Assembly: GCA_964016885.1 (NCBI GenBank)
Contig: OZ024744.1
Coordinates: 120,900,001 to 120,964,000, forward strand
Direction of reading: 5' to 3'
From: Eledone cirrhosa
Taxonomy: Eukaryota
DNA: 64,000 nt
In this document: one piece after another, positions 12,701 to 27,529 of the stretch
Numbering within the stretch: position 1 is the first letter of the stretch
Layout: each line of letters starts with the position of its first letter
Program-made: the position numbers and the translations under genes
The notes under the pieces: generated by a model
The model's input: the letters and a program-made list of their open reading frames with translations, nothing else
Databases searched by the model: none
Told to the model about the DNA's origin: nothing

Positions 12701-15700
12701 GATTCTTTCCTGAGACATTCTAACCACGTTATAGTATCAGAGCTGTGATATCTCAATTCAGAGATTCTTTCATGAGACATTCTAACCACATGTCATAGTA
12801 TCAGAGCTGTGATCTCTCAATTCAGCGATTCTTTCCTGAGACATTCTAACCACGTCATAGTATCAGAGCTGTAATATCTCAATTCAGAGATTCTTTCATG
12901 AGACATTCTAACCACATGTCATAGTATCAGAGCTGTGATCTCTCAATTTAGATATTCTTTCCTGAGATATTCTAACCACATGTCATAGTATCAGAGCTGT
13001 GATCTCTCAATTCAGAGATTCTTTCCTGAGAACTTCTAACCACATGTCTGTAGTATCAGAACTGTGATCTCTCAATTCAGAGATTCTTTCCTGAGATATT
13101 CTAACCACATGTCATATTATCAGAGCTGTGATCTCTCAATTCAGAGATTCTTTCCTGAGACATCCTAACCACATGTCATAGTATCAGAGCTGTGAACTCT
13201 CAATTCAGAGATTCTTTCCTGATACATTCTAACCACATGTCATAGTATTAGAGCTGTGATCTCTCAATTCAGAGATTCTTTCCTGAGACATTCTAACCAC
13301 GTCATAGTATCAGAGCTGTGATATCTCAATTCAGAGATTCTTTCATGAGACCTTCTAACCACATGTCATAGTATCAGAGCTGTGATCTCTCAATTCAGAG
13401 ATTCTTTCATGAGACCTTCTAACCACATGTCATAGTATCAGAGCTGTGATCTCTCAATTCAGAGATTCTTTCCTGAGACATTCTAACCACATGTCATAGT
13501 ATTAGATCTGTGATCTCTCAATTCAGAGATTCTTTCCTGGGATATTCTAACCACATGTCATATTATCAGAGCTGTGATCTCTCAATTCAGAGATTCTTTC
13601 CTGAGACATTATAACCTCATCTCATAGTCTAAGAGCTGTGATATCTCAATTCAGAGATTCTTTCCTGAGAACTTCTAACCACATGTCTGTAGTATCAGAG
13701 CTGTGATCTCTCAATTCAGAGATTCTTTCCTGAGATATTCTAACCACATGTCATAGTATCAGAGCTGTGATCTCTCAATTCAGAGATTCTTTCCTGAGAC
13801 ATTCTAACCACATATCATAGTATCAGAACTGTGATCTCTCAATTCAGAAATTCTTTGCTGAGACATTCAAACCACATGTCATAGTAGCAGAGCTGTGAAC
13901 TCTCAATTCAGAGATTCTTTCCTGATATATTCTAACCACATGTCATAGTATCAGAGCTGTGATCTCTCAATTCAGAGATTCTTTCCTGAGACATTCTAAA
14001 CACGTCATAGTATCAGAGCTGTAATATCTCAATTCAGAGATTCTTTCATGAGACATTCTAACCACATGTCATAGAATCAGAGCTGTGATCTCTCAATTTA
14101 GATATTCTTTCCTGAGATATTCTAACCACATGTCATAGTATTAGAGCTGTGATCTCTCAATTCAGAGATTCTTTCCTGAGACATTCTAACCACATGTCAT
14201 AGTATCAGAGCTGTGATCTCTCAATTCAGAGATTCTTTCCTGAGACATTCTAACCACATGTCATAGTATCAGAACTGTGATCTCTCAATTCAGAAATTCT
14301 TTCCTGAGACATTCTAACCACATGTCATAGTATCAGAGCTGTGAACTCTCAATTCAGAGATTCTTTTCTTATACATTCTAACCACATGTCATAGTATTAG
14401 AGCTGTGATCTCTCAATTCAGAGATTCTTTCCTGAGACATTCTAACCACGTTATAGTATCAGAGCTGTGATATCTCAATTCAGAGATTCTTTCATGAGAC
14501 ATTCTAACCACATGTCATAGTATCAGAGCTGTGATCTCTCAATTCAGAGATTCTTTCCTGAGAACTTCTAACCACATGTCTGTAGTATCAGAGCTGTGAT
14601 CTCTCAATTCAGAGATTCTTTCCTGATATATTCTAACCACATGTCATAGTATCAGAGCTGTGATCTCTCAATTCAGAGATTCTTTCCTGAGACATTCTAA
14701 CCACATGTCATAGTATCAGAGCTGTGAACTCTCAATTCAGAGATTATTTCCTGATACATTCTAACCACATGTCATATTATCAGAGCTGTGATCTCTCAAT
14801 TCAGAGATTCTTTCCTGAGACATTCTAACCACGTCATAGTATAAGAGCTGTGATATCTCAATTCAGAGATTCTTTCATGAGACATTCTAACCACATGTCA
14901 TAGTATCAGAGCTGTGATCTCTCAATTTAGATATTCTTTCCTGAGACATTCTAACCACATGTCATAGTATCAGAGCTGTGATCTCTCAATTCAGAGATTC
15001 TTTCCTGATACATTCTAACCACATGTCATAGTATTAGAGCTGTGATCTCTCAATTCAGAGATTCTTTCCTGAGACATTCTAACCACGTCATAGTATCAGA
15101 GCTGTGATATCTCAATTCAGAGATTCTTTCATGAGACCTTCTAACCACATGTCATAGTATCAGAACTGTGATCTCTCAATTCAGAGATTCTTTCCTGAGA
15201 CATTCTAACCACATGTCATAGTATTAGATCTGTGATCTCTCAATTCAGAGATTCTTTCCTGGGATATTCTAACCACATGTCATAGTATCAGAGCTGTGAT
15301 CTCTCAATTCAGAGATTCTTTCCTGAGACATTCTAACCACATCTCATAGTCTAAGAGCTGTGATATCTCAATTCAGAGATTCTTTCCTGAGATATTCTAA
15401 CCACATGTCATAGTATCAGAGCTGTGATCTCTCAATTCAGAGATTCTTTCCTGAGACATTCTTACCACATGTCATAGTATTAGAGCTGTGATCTCTCAAT
15501 TCAGAGATTCTTTCCTGAGAAATTCTAACCTCATGTCTGTAGTATCAGAGCTGTAATCTCTCAATTCAGAGAATCTTTCCTGAGACATTCTTACTCCATG
15601 TCCACAGTATCAGAGCTGTGATCTCTCAATTCAGAGATTCTTTCCTGAGACATTCTAACCACATGTCATATTATCAGTGCTGTGATCTCTCAATATAGAG

Positions 15701-15909
15701 ATTCTTTCCTGAGATATTCTAAACACATGTCATAGTATCAGAGCTGTGATCTCTCAATTCAGAGATTCTTTCCTAGGATATTCTAACCACATGTCATAGT
15801 ATTAGAGCTGTGATCTCTCAATTCAGAGATTCTTTCCTGAGACATTCTAACCACGTTATAGTATCAGAGCTGTGATATCTCAATTCAGAGATTCTTTCAT
15901 GAGACATTC

Positions 15910-18900
15910 TAACCACATGTCATAGTATCAGAGCTGTGATCTCTCAATTCAGAGATTCTTTCCTGAGAACTTCTAACCACATGTCTGTAGTATCAGAGCT
16001 GTGATCTCTCAATTCAGAGATTCTTTCCTGAGATATTCTAACCACATGTCATATTATCAGAGCTGTGATCTCTCAATTCAGAGATTCTTTCCTGAGACAT
16101 CCTAACCACATGTCATAGTATCAGAGCTGTGAACTCTCAATTCAGAGATTCTTTCCTGATACATTCTAACCACATGTCATAGTATTAGAGCTGTGATCTC
16201 TCAATTCAGAGATTCTTTCCTGAGACATTCTAACCACGTCATATTATCAGAGCTGTGATATCTCAATTCAGAGATTCTTTCATGAGACCTTCTAACCACA
16301 TGTCATAGTATCAGAGCTGTGATCTCTCAATTCAGAGATTCTTTCCTGAGACATTCTAACCACATGTCATAGTATTAGATCTGTGATCTCTCAATTCAGA
16401 GATTCTTTCCTGGGATATTCTAACCACATGTCATATTATCAGAGCTGTGATCTCTCAATTCAGAGATTCTTTCCTGAGACATTATAACCTCATCTCATAG
16501 TCTAAGAGCTGTGATATCTCAATTCAGAGATTCTTTCCTGAGAACTTCTAACCACATGTCTGTAGTATCAGAGCTGTGATCTCTCAATTCAGAGATTCTT
16601 TCCTGAGATATTCTAACCACATGTCATAGTATCAGAGCTGTGATCTCTCAATTCAGAGATTCTTTCCTGAGACATTCTAACCACATGTCATAGTATCAGA
16701 ACTGTGATCTCTCAATTCAGAAATTCTTTGCTGAGACATTCAAACCACATGTCATAGTAGCAGAGCTGTGAACTCTCAATTCAGAGATGCTTTCCTGATA
16801 TATTCTAACCACATGTCATAGTATCAGAGCTGTGATCTCTCAATTCAGAGATTCTTTCCTGAGACATTCTAAACACGTCATAGTATCAGAGCTGTAATAT
16901 CTCAATTCAGAGATTCTTTCATGAGACATTCTAACCACATGTCATAGTATCAGAGCTGTGATCTCTCAATTTAGATATTCTTTCCTGAGATATTCTAACC
17001 ACATGTCATAGTATTAGAGCTGTGATCTCTCAATTCAGAGATTCTTTCCTGAGACATTCTAACCACATGTCATAGTATCAGAGCTGTGATCTCTCAATTC
17101 AGAGATTCTTTCCTGAGACATTCTAACCACATGTCATAGTATCAGAACTGTGATCTCTCAATTCAGAAATTCTTTCCTGAGACATTCTAACCACATGTCA
17201 TAGTATCAGAGCTGTGAACTCTCAATTCAGAGATTCTTTTCTTATACATTCTAACCACATGTCATAGTATTAGAGCTGTGATCTCTCAATTCAGAGATTC
17301 TTTCCTGAGACATTCTAACCACGTTATAGTATCAGAGCTGTGATATCTCAATTCAGAGATTCTTTCATGAGACATTCTAACCACATGTCATAGTATCAGA
17401 GCTGTGATCTCTCAATTCAGCGATTCTTTCCTGAGACATTCTAACCACGTCATAGTATCAGAGCTGTAACATCTCAATTCAGAGATTCTTTCATGAGACA
17501 TTCTAACCACATGTCATAGTATCAGAGCTGTGATCTCTCAATTTAGATATTCTTTCCTGAGATATTCTAACCACATGTCATAGTATCAGAGCTGTGATCT
17601 CTCAATTCAGAGATTCTTTCCTGAGAACTTCTAACCACATGTCTGTAGTATCAGAACTGTGATCTCTCAATTCAGAGATTCTTTCCTGAGATATTCTAAC
17701 CACATGTCATATTATCAGAGCTGTGATCTCTCAATTCAGAGATTCTTTCCTGAGACATCCTAACCACATGTCATAGTATCAGAGCTGTGAACTCTCAATT
17801 CAGAGATTCTTTCCTGATACATTCTAACCACATGTCATAGTATTAGAGCTGTGATCTCTCAATTCAGAGATTCTTTCCTGAGACATTCTAACCACGTCAT
17901 AGTATCAGAGCTGTGATATCTCAATTCAGAGATTCTTTCATGAGACCTTCTAACCACATGTCATAGTATCAGAGCTGTGATCTCTCAATTCAGAGATTCT
18001 TTCCTGAGACATTCTAACCACATGTCATAGTATTAGATCTGTGATCTCTCAATTCAGAGATTCTTTCCTGGGATATTCTAACCACATGTCATATTATCAG
18101 AGCTGTGATCTCTCAATTCAGAGATTCTTTCCTGAGACATTATAACCTCATCTCATAGTATCAGAGCTGTGATATCTCAATTCAGAGATTCTTTCCTGAG
18201 AACTTCTAACCACATGTCTGTAGTATCAGAGCTGTGATCTCTCAATTCAGAGATTCTTTCCTGAGATATTCTAACCACATGTCATAGTATCAGAGCTGTG
18301 ATCTCTCAATTCAGAGATTCTTTCCTGAGACATTCTAACCACATGTCATAGTATCAGAACTGTGATCTCTCAATTCAGAAATTCTTTGCTGAGACATTCA
18401 AACCACATGTCATAGTAGCAGAGCTGTGAACTCTCAATTCAGAGATTCTTTCCTGATATATTCTAACCACATGTCATAGTATCAGAGCTGTGATCTCTCA
18501 ATTCAGAGATTCTTTCCTGAGACATTCTAAACACGTCATAGTATCAGAGCTGTAATATCTCAATTCAGAGATTCTTTCATGAGACATTCTAACCACATGT
18601 CATAGTATCAGAGCTGTGATCTCTCAATTTAGATATTCTTTCCTGAGATATTCTAACCACATGTCATAGTATTAGAGCTGTGATCTCTCAATTCAGAGAT
18701 TCTTTCCTGAGACATTCTAACCACATGTCATAGTATCAGAGCTGTGATCTCTCAATTCAGAGATTCTTTCCTGAGACATTCTAACCACATGTCATAGTAT
18801 CAGAACTGTGATCTCTCAATTCAGAAATTCTTTCCTGAGACATTCTAACCACATGTCATAGTATCAGAGCTGTGAACTCTCAATTCAGAGATTCTTTTCT

Positions 18901-20287
18901 TATACATTCTAACCACATGTCATAGTATTAGAGCTGTGATCTCTCAATTCAGAGATTCTTTCCTGAGACATTCTAACCACGTTATAGTATCAGAGCTGTG
19001 ATATCTCAATTCAGAGATTCTTTCATGAGACATTCTAACCACATGTCATAGTATCAGAGCTGTGATCTCTCAATTCAGCGATTCTTTCCTGAGACATTCT
19101 AACCACGTCATAGTATCAGAGCTGTAACATCTCAATTCAGAGATTCTTTCATGAGACATTCTAACCACATGTCATAGTATCAGAGCTGTGATCTCTCAAT
19201 TTAGATATTCTTTCCTGAGATATTCTAACCACATGTCATAGTATCAGAGCTGTGATCTCTCAATTCAGAGATTCTTTCCTGAGAACTTCTAACCACATGT
19301 CTGTAGTATCAGAACTGTGATCTCTCAATTCAGAGATTCTTTCCTGAGATATTCTAACCACATGTCATATTATCAGAGCTGTGATCTCTCAATTCAGAGA
19401 TTCTTTCCTGAGACATCCTAACCACATGTCATAGTATCAGAGCTGTGAACTCTCAATTCAGAGATTCTTTCCTGATACATTCTAACCACATGTCATAGTA
19501 TTAGAGCTGTGATCTCTCAATTCAGAGATTCTTTCCTGAGACATTCTAACCACGTCATAGTATCAGAGCTGTGATATCTCAATTCAGAGATTCTTTCATG
19601 AGACCTTCTAACCACATGTCATAGTATCAGAGCTGTGATCTCTCAATTCAGAGATTCTTTCCTGAGACATTCTAACCACATGTCATAGTATTAGATCTGT
19701 GATCTCTCAATTCAGAGATTCTTTCCTGGGATATTCTAACCACATGTCATATTATCAGAGCTGTGATCTCTCAATTCAGAGATTCTTTCCTGAGACATTA
19801 TAACCTCATCTCATAGTCTAAGAGCTGTGATATCTCAATTCAGAGATTCTTTCCTGAGAACTTCTAACCACATGTCTGTAGTATCAGAGCTGTGATCTCT
19901 CAATTCAGAGATTCTTTCCTGAGATATTCTAACCACATGTCATAGTATCAGAGCTGTGATCTCTCAATTCAGAGATTCTTTCCTGAGACATTCTAACCAC
20001 ATGTCATAGTATCAGAACTGTGATCTCTCAATTCAGAAATTCTTTGCTGAGACATTCAAACCACATGTCATAGTAGCAGAGCTGTGAACTCTCAATTCAG
20101 AGATTCTTTCCTGATATATTCTAACCACATGTCATAGTATCAGAGCTGTGATCTCTCAATTCAGAGATTCTTTCCTGAGACATTCTAAACACGTCATAGT
20201 ATCAGAGCTGTAATATCTCAATTCAGAGATTCTTTCATGAGACATTCTAACCACATGTCATAGTATCAGAGCTGTGATCTCTCAATT
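15910..20287. repeat. Local HOR: 26-monomer unit, period 1658 bp, ~2.6 copies
   Basis: ATTATAACCT at 16481, 18139 and 19797. The variant C of CAGCGATT is at 17421 and 19079, and GTAACATC follows it in both copies. Confidence 0.9.
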
Positions 20288-21134
20288 CAGAGATTCTTTC
20301 CCGAGACATTCTAACCACATGTCATAGTATCAGAACTGTGATCTCTCAATTCAGAGATTCTTTCCTGAGACATTCTAACCACATGTCATAGTATCAGAAC
20401 TGTGATCTCTCAATTCAGAAATTCTTTCCTGAGACATTCTAACCACATGTCATAGTATCAGAGCTGTGAACTCTCAATTCAGAGATTCTTTTCTTATACA
20501 TTCTAACCACATGTCATAGTATTAGAGCTGTGATCTCTCAATTCAGAGATTCTTTCCTGAGACATTCTAACCACGTTATAGTATCAGAGCTGTGATATCT
20601 CAATTCAGAGATTCTTTCATGAGACATTCTAACCACATGTCATAGTATCAGAGCTGTGATCTCTCAATTCAGAGATTCTTTCCTGAGAACTTCTAACCAC
20701 ATGTCTGTAGTATCAGAGCTGTGATCTCTCAATTCAGAGATTCTTTCCTGAGATATTCTAACCACATGTCATAGTATCAGAGCTGTGATCTCTCAATTCA
20801 GAGATTCTTTCCTGAGACATTCTAACCACATGTCATAGTATCAGAGCTGTGAACTCTCAATTCAGAGATTATTTCCTGATACATTCGAACCACATGTTAT
20901 ATTATCAGAGCTGTGATCTCTCAATTCAGAGATTCTTTCCTGAGACATTCTAACCACGTCATAGTATCAGAGCTGTGATATCTCAATTCAGAGATTCTTT
21001 CATGAGACATTCTAACCACATGTCATAGTATCAGAGCTGTGATCTCTCAATTTAGATATTCTTTCCTGAGACATTCTAACCACATGTCATAGTATCAGAG
21101 CTGTGAACTCTCAATTCAGAGATTCTTTCCTGAT

Positions 21135-24100
21135 ACATTCTAACCACATGTCATAGTATTAGAGCTGTGATCTCTCAATTCAGAGATTCTTTCCTGAGAC
21201 ATTCTAACCACGTCATAGTATCAGAGCTGTGATATCTCAATTCAGAGATTCTTTCATGAGACCTTCTAACCACATGTCATAGTATCAGAACTGTGATCTC
21301 TCAATTCAGAGATTCTTTCCTGAGACATTCTAACCACATGTCATAGTATTAGATCTGTGATCTCTCAATTCAGAGATTCTTTCCTGGGATATTCTAACCA
21401 CATGTCATAGTATCAGAGCTGTGATCTCTCAATTCAGAGATTCTTTCCTGAGACATTCTAACCACATCTCATAGTCTAAGAGCTGTGATATCTCAATTCA
21501 GAGATTCTTTCCTGAGACATTCTAACCGCATGTCATAGAATCAGAGCTGTGATCTCTCAATTCAGAGATTCTTTCCTGAGACGTTCTAATCACATGTCAT
21601 AGTATTAGAGCTGTGATCTCTCAATTCAGAGATTCTTTCCTGAGAAATTCTAACCTCATGTCTGTAGTATCAGAGCTGTGATCTCTCAATTCAGAGAATC
21701 TTTCCTGAGACATTCTAATTCCATGTCCACAGTATCAGAGCTGTGATCTCTCAATTCAGAGATTCTTTCCTGAGACATTCTAACCACATGTCATAGTATC
21801 AGTGCTGTGATCTCTCAATATAGAGATTCTTTCAGGAGATATTCTAACCACATGTCATAGTATCAGAGCTGTGATCTCTCAATTCAGAGATTCTTTCCTG
21901 GGATATTCTAAGCACATGTCATAGTATTAGAGCTGTGATCTCTCAATTCAGAGATTCTTTCCTGAGACATTCTTACCACATGTCATAGTATCAGTGCTGT
22001 GATCTCTCAATTCAGAGATTCTTTCCTGAGACATTCTAACCACGTCATAGTATCAGAGCTGTGATATCTCAATTCAGAGATTCTTTCATGAGACATTCTA
22101 ACCACATGTCAGAGTATCAGAGCTGTGATCTCTCAATTTAGATATTCTTTCCTGAGATATTCTAACCACATGTCATAGTATTAGAGCTGTGATCTCTCAA
22201 TTCAGAGATTCTTTCCTGATACATTCTAACCACATGTCATAGTACTAGAGCTGTGATCTCTCAATTCAGAGATTCTTTCCTGAGACATTCTAATCACGTC
22301 ATAGTATCAGAGCTGTGATATCTCAATTCAGATATTCTTTCATGAGACATTCTAACCACATGTCATAGTATCAGAGCTGTGATCTCTCAATTCAGAGATT
22401 CTTCCCTGAGACATTCTAACCACATGTCATAATATTAGATTTGTGATCTCTCAATTCAGAGATTCTTTCCTGGGATATTCTAGCCACATGTCATAGTATC
22501 AGAGCTGTGATCTCTCAATTCAGAGATTCTTTCCTGAGACATTCTAACCACATCTCATAGTCTAAGAGCTGTGATATCTCAATTCAGAGATTCTTTCCTG
22601 AGACATTCTAACCACATGTCATAGAATCAGAGCTGTGATCTCTCAATTCAGAGATTCCTTCCTGAGACATTCTAACCACATGTCATAGTATTAGAGCTGT
22701 GATCTCTCAATTCAGAGATTCTTTCCTGAGAAATTCTAACCTCATGTCTGTAGTATCAGAGCTGTGATCTCTCAATTCAGAGAATATTTCCTGAGACATT
22801 CTAACTCCATGTCCACAGTATCAGAGCTGTGATCTCTCAATTCAGAGATTCTTTCCTGAGACATTCTAACCACATGTCATAGTATCAGTGCTGTGATCTC
22901 TCAATATAGAGATTCTTTCCTGAGATATTCTAACCACATGTCATAGTATCAGAGCTGTGATCTCTCAATTCAGAGATTCTTTCCTGGGATATTCTAACCA
23001 CATGTGATAGTATCAGAGCTGTGATCTATCAATTCAGATATTCTTTCCTGAGACATTCTAACCACATGTCATACGATCAGAGTTGTGATCTCTCAATTCA
23101 GAGATTCTTTCCTGAGATATTCTAACCACATGTCATAGTATCAGAGCTGTGATCTCTTAATTCAGAGATTCTTTCCTGAGACATTCTAACCACATGTCAT
23201 AGTATTAGAGCTGTGATCTCTCAATTCAGAGATTCTTTCCTGAGACATTCTAACCACGTCATAGTATCAGAGCTGTGATATCTCAATTCAGAGATTCTTT
23301 CATGAGACCTTCTAACCATATGTCATAGTATCAGAACTGTGATCTCTCAATTCAGAGATTCTTTCCTGAGACATTCTATCCACATGTCATAGTATTAGAT
23401 CTGTGATCTCTCAATTCAGAGATTCTTTCCTGCGATATTCTAACCACATGTCATAGTATCAGAGCTGTGATCTCTCAATTCAGAGATTCTTTCCTGAGAC
23501 ATTCTAACCACATCTCATAGTCTAAGAGCTGTGATATCTCAATTCAGAGATTCTTTCCTGAGACATTCTAACCGCATGTCATAGAATCAGAGCTGTGATC
23601 TCTCAATTCAGAGATTCTTTCCTGAGACGTTCTAATCACATGTCATAGTATTGGAGCTGTGATCTCTCAATTCAGAGATTCTTTCCTGAGAAATTCTAAC
23701 CTCATGTCTGTAGTATCAGAGCTGTGATCTCTCAATTCAGAGAATCTTTCCTGAGACATTCTAATTCCATGTCCACAGTATCAGAGCTGTGATGTCTCAA
23801 TTCAGAGATTCTTTCCTGAGACATTCTAACCACATGTCATAGTATCAGTGCTGTGATCTCTCAATATAGAGATTCTTTCCTGAGATATTCTAACCACATG
23901 TCATAGTATCAGAGCTGTGATCTCTCAATTCAGAGATTCTTTCCTGGGATATTCTAAGCACATGTCATAGTATTAGAGTTGTGATCTCTCAATTCAGAGA
24001 TTCTTTCCTGAGACATTCTTACCACATGTCATAGTATCAGTGCTGTGATCTCTCAATTCAGAGATTCTTTCCTGAGACATTCTAACCACGTCATAGTATC

Positions 24101-25227
24101 AGAGCTGTGATATCTCAATTCAGAGATTCTTTCATGAGACATTCTAACCACATGTCATAGTATTAGAGCTGTGATCTCTCAATTCAGAGATTCTTTCCTG
24201 ATACATTCTAACCACATGTCATAGTACTAGAGCTGTGATCTCTCAATTCAGAGATTCTTTCCTGAGACATTCTAATCACGTCATATTATCCGAGCTGTGA
24301 TATCTCAATTCAGATATTCTTTCATGAGACATTCTAACCACATGTCATAGTATCAGAGCTGTGATCTCTCAATTCAGAGATTCTTCCCTGAGACATTCTA
24401 ACCACATGTCATAGTATTAGATCTGTGATCTCTCAATTCAGAGATTCTTTCCTGGGATATTCTAACCACATGTCATAGTATCAGAGCTGTGATCTCTCAA
24501 TTCAGAGATTCTTTCCTGAGACATTCTAACCACATCTCATAGTCTAAGAGCTGTGATATCTCAATTCAGAGATTCTTTCCTGAGACATTCTAACCACATG
24601 TCATAGAATCAGAGCTGTGATCTCTCAATTCAGAGATTCCTTCCTGGGTCATTCTAACCACATGTCATAGTATTAGAGCTGTGATCTCTCAATTCAGAGA
24701 TTCTTTCCTGAGAAATTCTAACCTCATGTCTGTAGTATCAGAGCTGTGATCTCTCAATTCAGAGAATATTTCCTGAGACATTCTAACTCCATGTCCACAG
24801 TATCAGAGCTGTGATCTCTCAATTCAGAGATTCTTTCCTGAGACATTCTAACCACATGTCATAGTATCAGTGCTGTGATCTCTCAATATAGAGATTCTTT
24901 CCTGAGATATTCTAACCACATGTCATAGTATCAGAGCTGTGATCTCTCAATTCAGAGATTCTTTCCTGGGATATTCTAACCACATGTGATAGTATCAGAG
25001 CTGTGATCTATCAATTCAGATATTCTTTCCTGAGACATTCTAACCACATGTCATACGATCAGAGTTGTGATCTCTCAATTCAGAGATTCTTTCCTGAGAT
25101 ATTCTAACCACATGTCATAGTATCAGAGCTGTGATCTCTTAATTCAGAGATTCTTTCCTGAGACATTCTAACCACATGTCATAGTATTAGAGCTGTGATC
25201 TCTCAATTCAGAGATTCTTTCCTGAGA
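21135..25227. repeat. Tandem duplication of a 32-monomer unit (offset 2046 bp, dropping to 1982 bp after a one-monomer loss)
   Basis: CTAATTCCATGTCCAC at 21715/23761 (2046); GTGATCTATC at 23021/25003 (1982); shared CTAAGCAC, CATACGATC and CTCTTAATT markers. Confidence 0.88.
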
Positions 25228-27529
25228 AATTCTAACCTCATGTCTGTAGTATCAGAGCTGTAATCTCTCAATTCAGAGAATCTTTCCTGAGACATTCTTA
25301 CTCCATGTCCACAGTATCAGAGCTGTGATCTCTCAATTCAGAGATTCTTTCCTGAGACATTCTAACCACATGTCATATTATCAGTGCTGTGATCTCTCAA
25401 TATAGAGATTCTTTCCTGAGATATTCTAAACACATGTCATAGTATCAGAGCTGTGATCTCTCAATTCAGAGATTCTTTCCTAGGATATTCTAACCACATG
25501 TCATAGTATCAGAGCTGTGATCTCTCAATTCAGATATTCTTTCCTGAGACATTCTAACCACATGTCATAGTATCAGAACTGTGATCTCTCAATTCAGAAA
25601 TTCTTTCCTGAGACATTCTAACCACATGTCATAGTATGAGAGCTGTGAACTCTCAATTCAGAGATTCTTTCCTGATACATTCTAACCACATGTCATAATA
25701 TCAGAGCTGTGATCTCTCAATTCAGAGATTCTTTCCTGAGACATTCTAACCACGTCATAGTATCAGAGCTGTAATATCTCAATTCAGAGATTCTTTCATG
25801 AGACATTCTAACCACATGTCATAGTATCAGAGCTGTGATCTCTCAATTTAGATATTCTTTCCTGAGATATTCTAACCACATGTCATAGTATTAGAGCTGT
25901 GATCTCTCAATTCAGAGATTCTTTCCTGAGATATTCTAACCACATGTCATATTATCAGAGCTGTGATCTCTCAATTCAGAGATTCTTTCCTGAGACATCC
26001 TAACCACATGTCATAGTATCAGAGCTGTGAACTCTCAATTCAGAGATTCTTTCCTGATACATTCTAACCACATGTCATAGTATTAGAGCTGTGATCTCTC
26101 AATTCAGAGATTCTTTCCTGAGACATTCTAACCACGTCATAGTATCAGAGATGTGATATCTCAATTCAGAGATTCTTTCATGAGACCTTCTAACCACATG
26201 TCATAGTATCAGAGCTGTGATCTCTCAATTCAGAGATTCTTTCCTGAGACATTCTAACCACATGTCATAGTATTAGATCTGTGATCTCTCAATTCAGAGA
26301 TTCTTTCCTGGGATATTCTAACCACATGTCATATTATCAGGGCTGTGATCTCTCCATTCAGAGATTCTTTCCTGAGACATTCTAACCACATCTCATAGTC
26401 TAAGAGCTGTGATATCTCAATTCAGAGATTCTTTCCTGAGACATTCTAACCGCATGTCATAGATTCAGAGCTGTGATCTCTCAATTCAGAGATTCTTTCC
26501 TGAGACGTTCTAATCACATGTCATAGTATTAGAGCTGTGATCTCTCAATTCAGAGATTCTTTCCTGAGAAATTCTAACCTCATGTCTGTAGTATCAGAGC
26601 TGTGATCTCTCAATTCAGAGAATCTTTCCTGAGACATTCTAACTCCATGTCCACAGTATCAGAGCTGTGAGCTCTCAATTCAGAGATTCTTTCCTGAGAC
26701 ATTCTAACCACATGTCATAGTATCAGTGCTGTGATCTCTCAATATAGAGATTCTTTCCTGAGATATTCTAACCACATGTCATAGTATCAGAGCTGTGATC
26801 TCTCAATTCAGAGATTTTTTCCTGGGATATTCTAACCACATGTCATAGTATCAGAGCTGTGATCTCTCAATTCAGATATTCTTTCCTGAGACATTCTAAC
26901 CACATGTCATAGTATCAGAGCTGTGACCTCTCTATTCAGAGATTCTTTCCTGAGACATTCTAACCACATGTCATAGTATTAGAGCTGTGATCTCTCAATT
27001 CAGAGATTCTTTCCTGAGACATTCTTACCACATGTCATAGTATCAGAGCTGTGATCTCTCAATTCAGAGATTCTTTCCTGAGACATTCTAACCACGTCAT
27101 AGTATCAGAGCTGTGATATCTCAATTCAGAGATTCTTTCATGAGACATTCTAACCACATGTCATAGTATCAGAGCTGTGATCTCTCAATTTAGATATTCT
27201 TTCCTGAGATATTCTAACCACATGTCATAGTATTAGAGCTGTGATCTCTCAATTCAGAGATTCTTTCCTGAGACATTCTAACCACATGTCATAGTATCAG
27301 AACTGTGATCTCTCAATTCAGAAATTCTTTCCTGAGACATTCTAACCACATGTCATAGTATCAGAGCTGTGAACTCTCAATTCAGAGATTCTTTCCTAAT
27401 ACATTCTAACCACATGTCATAGTACTAGAGCTGTGATCTCTCAATTCAGAGATTCTTTCCTGAGACATTCTAACCACGTCATAGTATCAGAGCTGTGATA
27501 TCTCAATTCAGAGATTCTTCCCTGAGACA

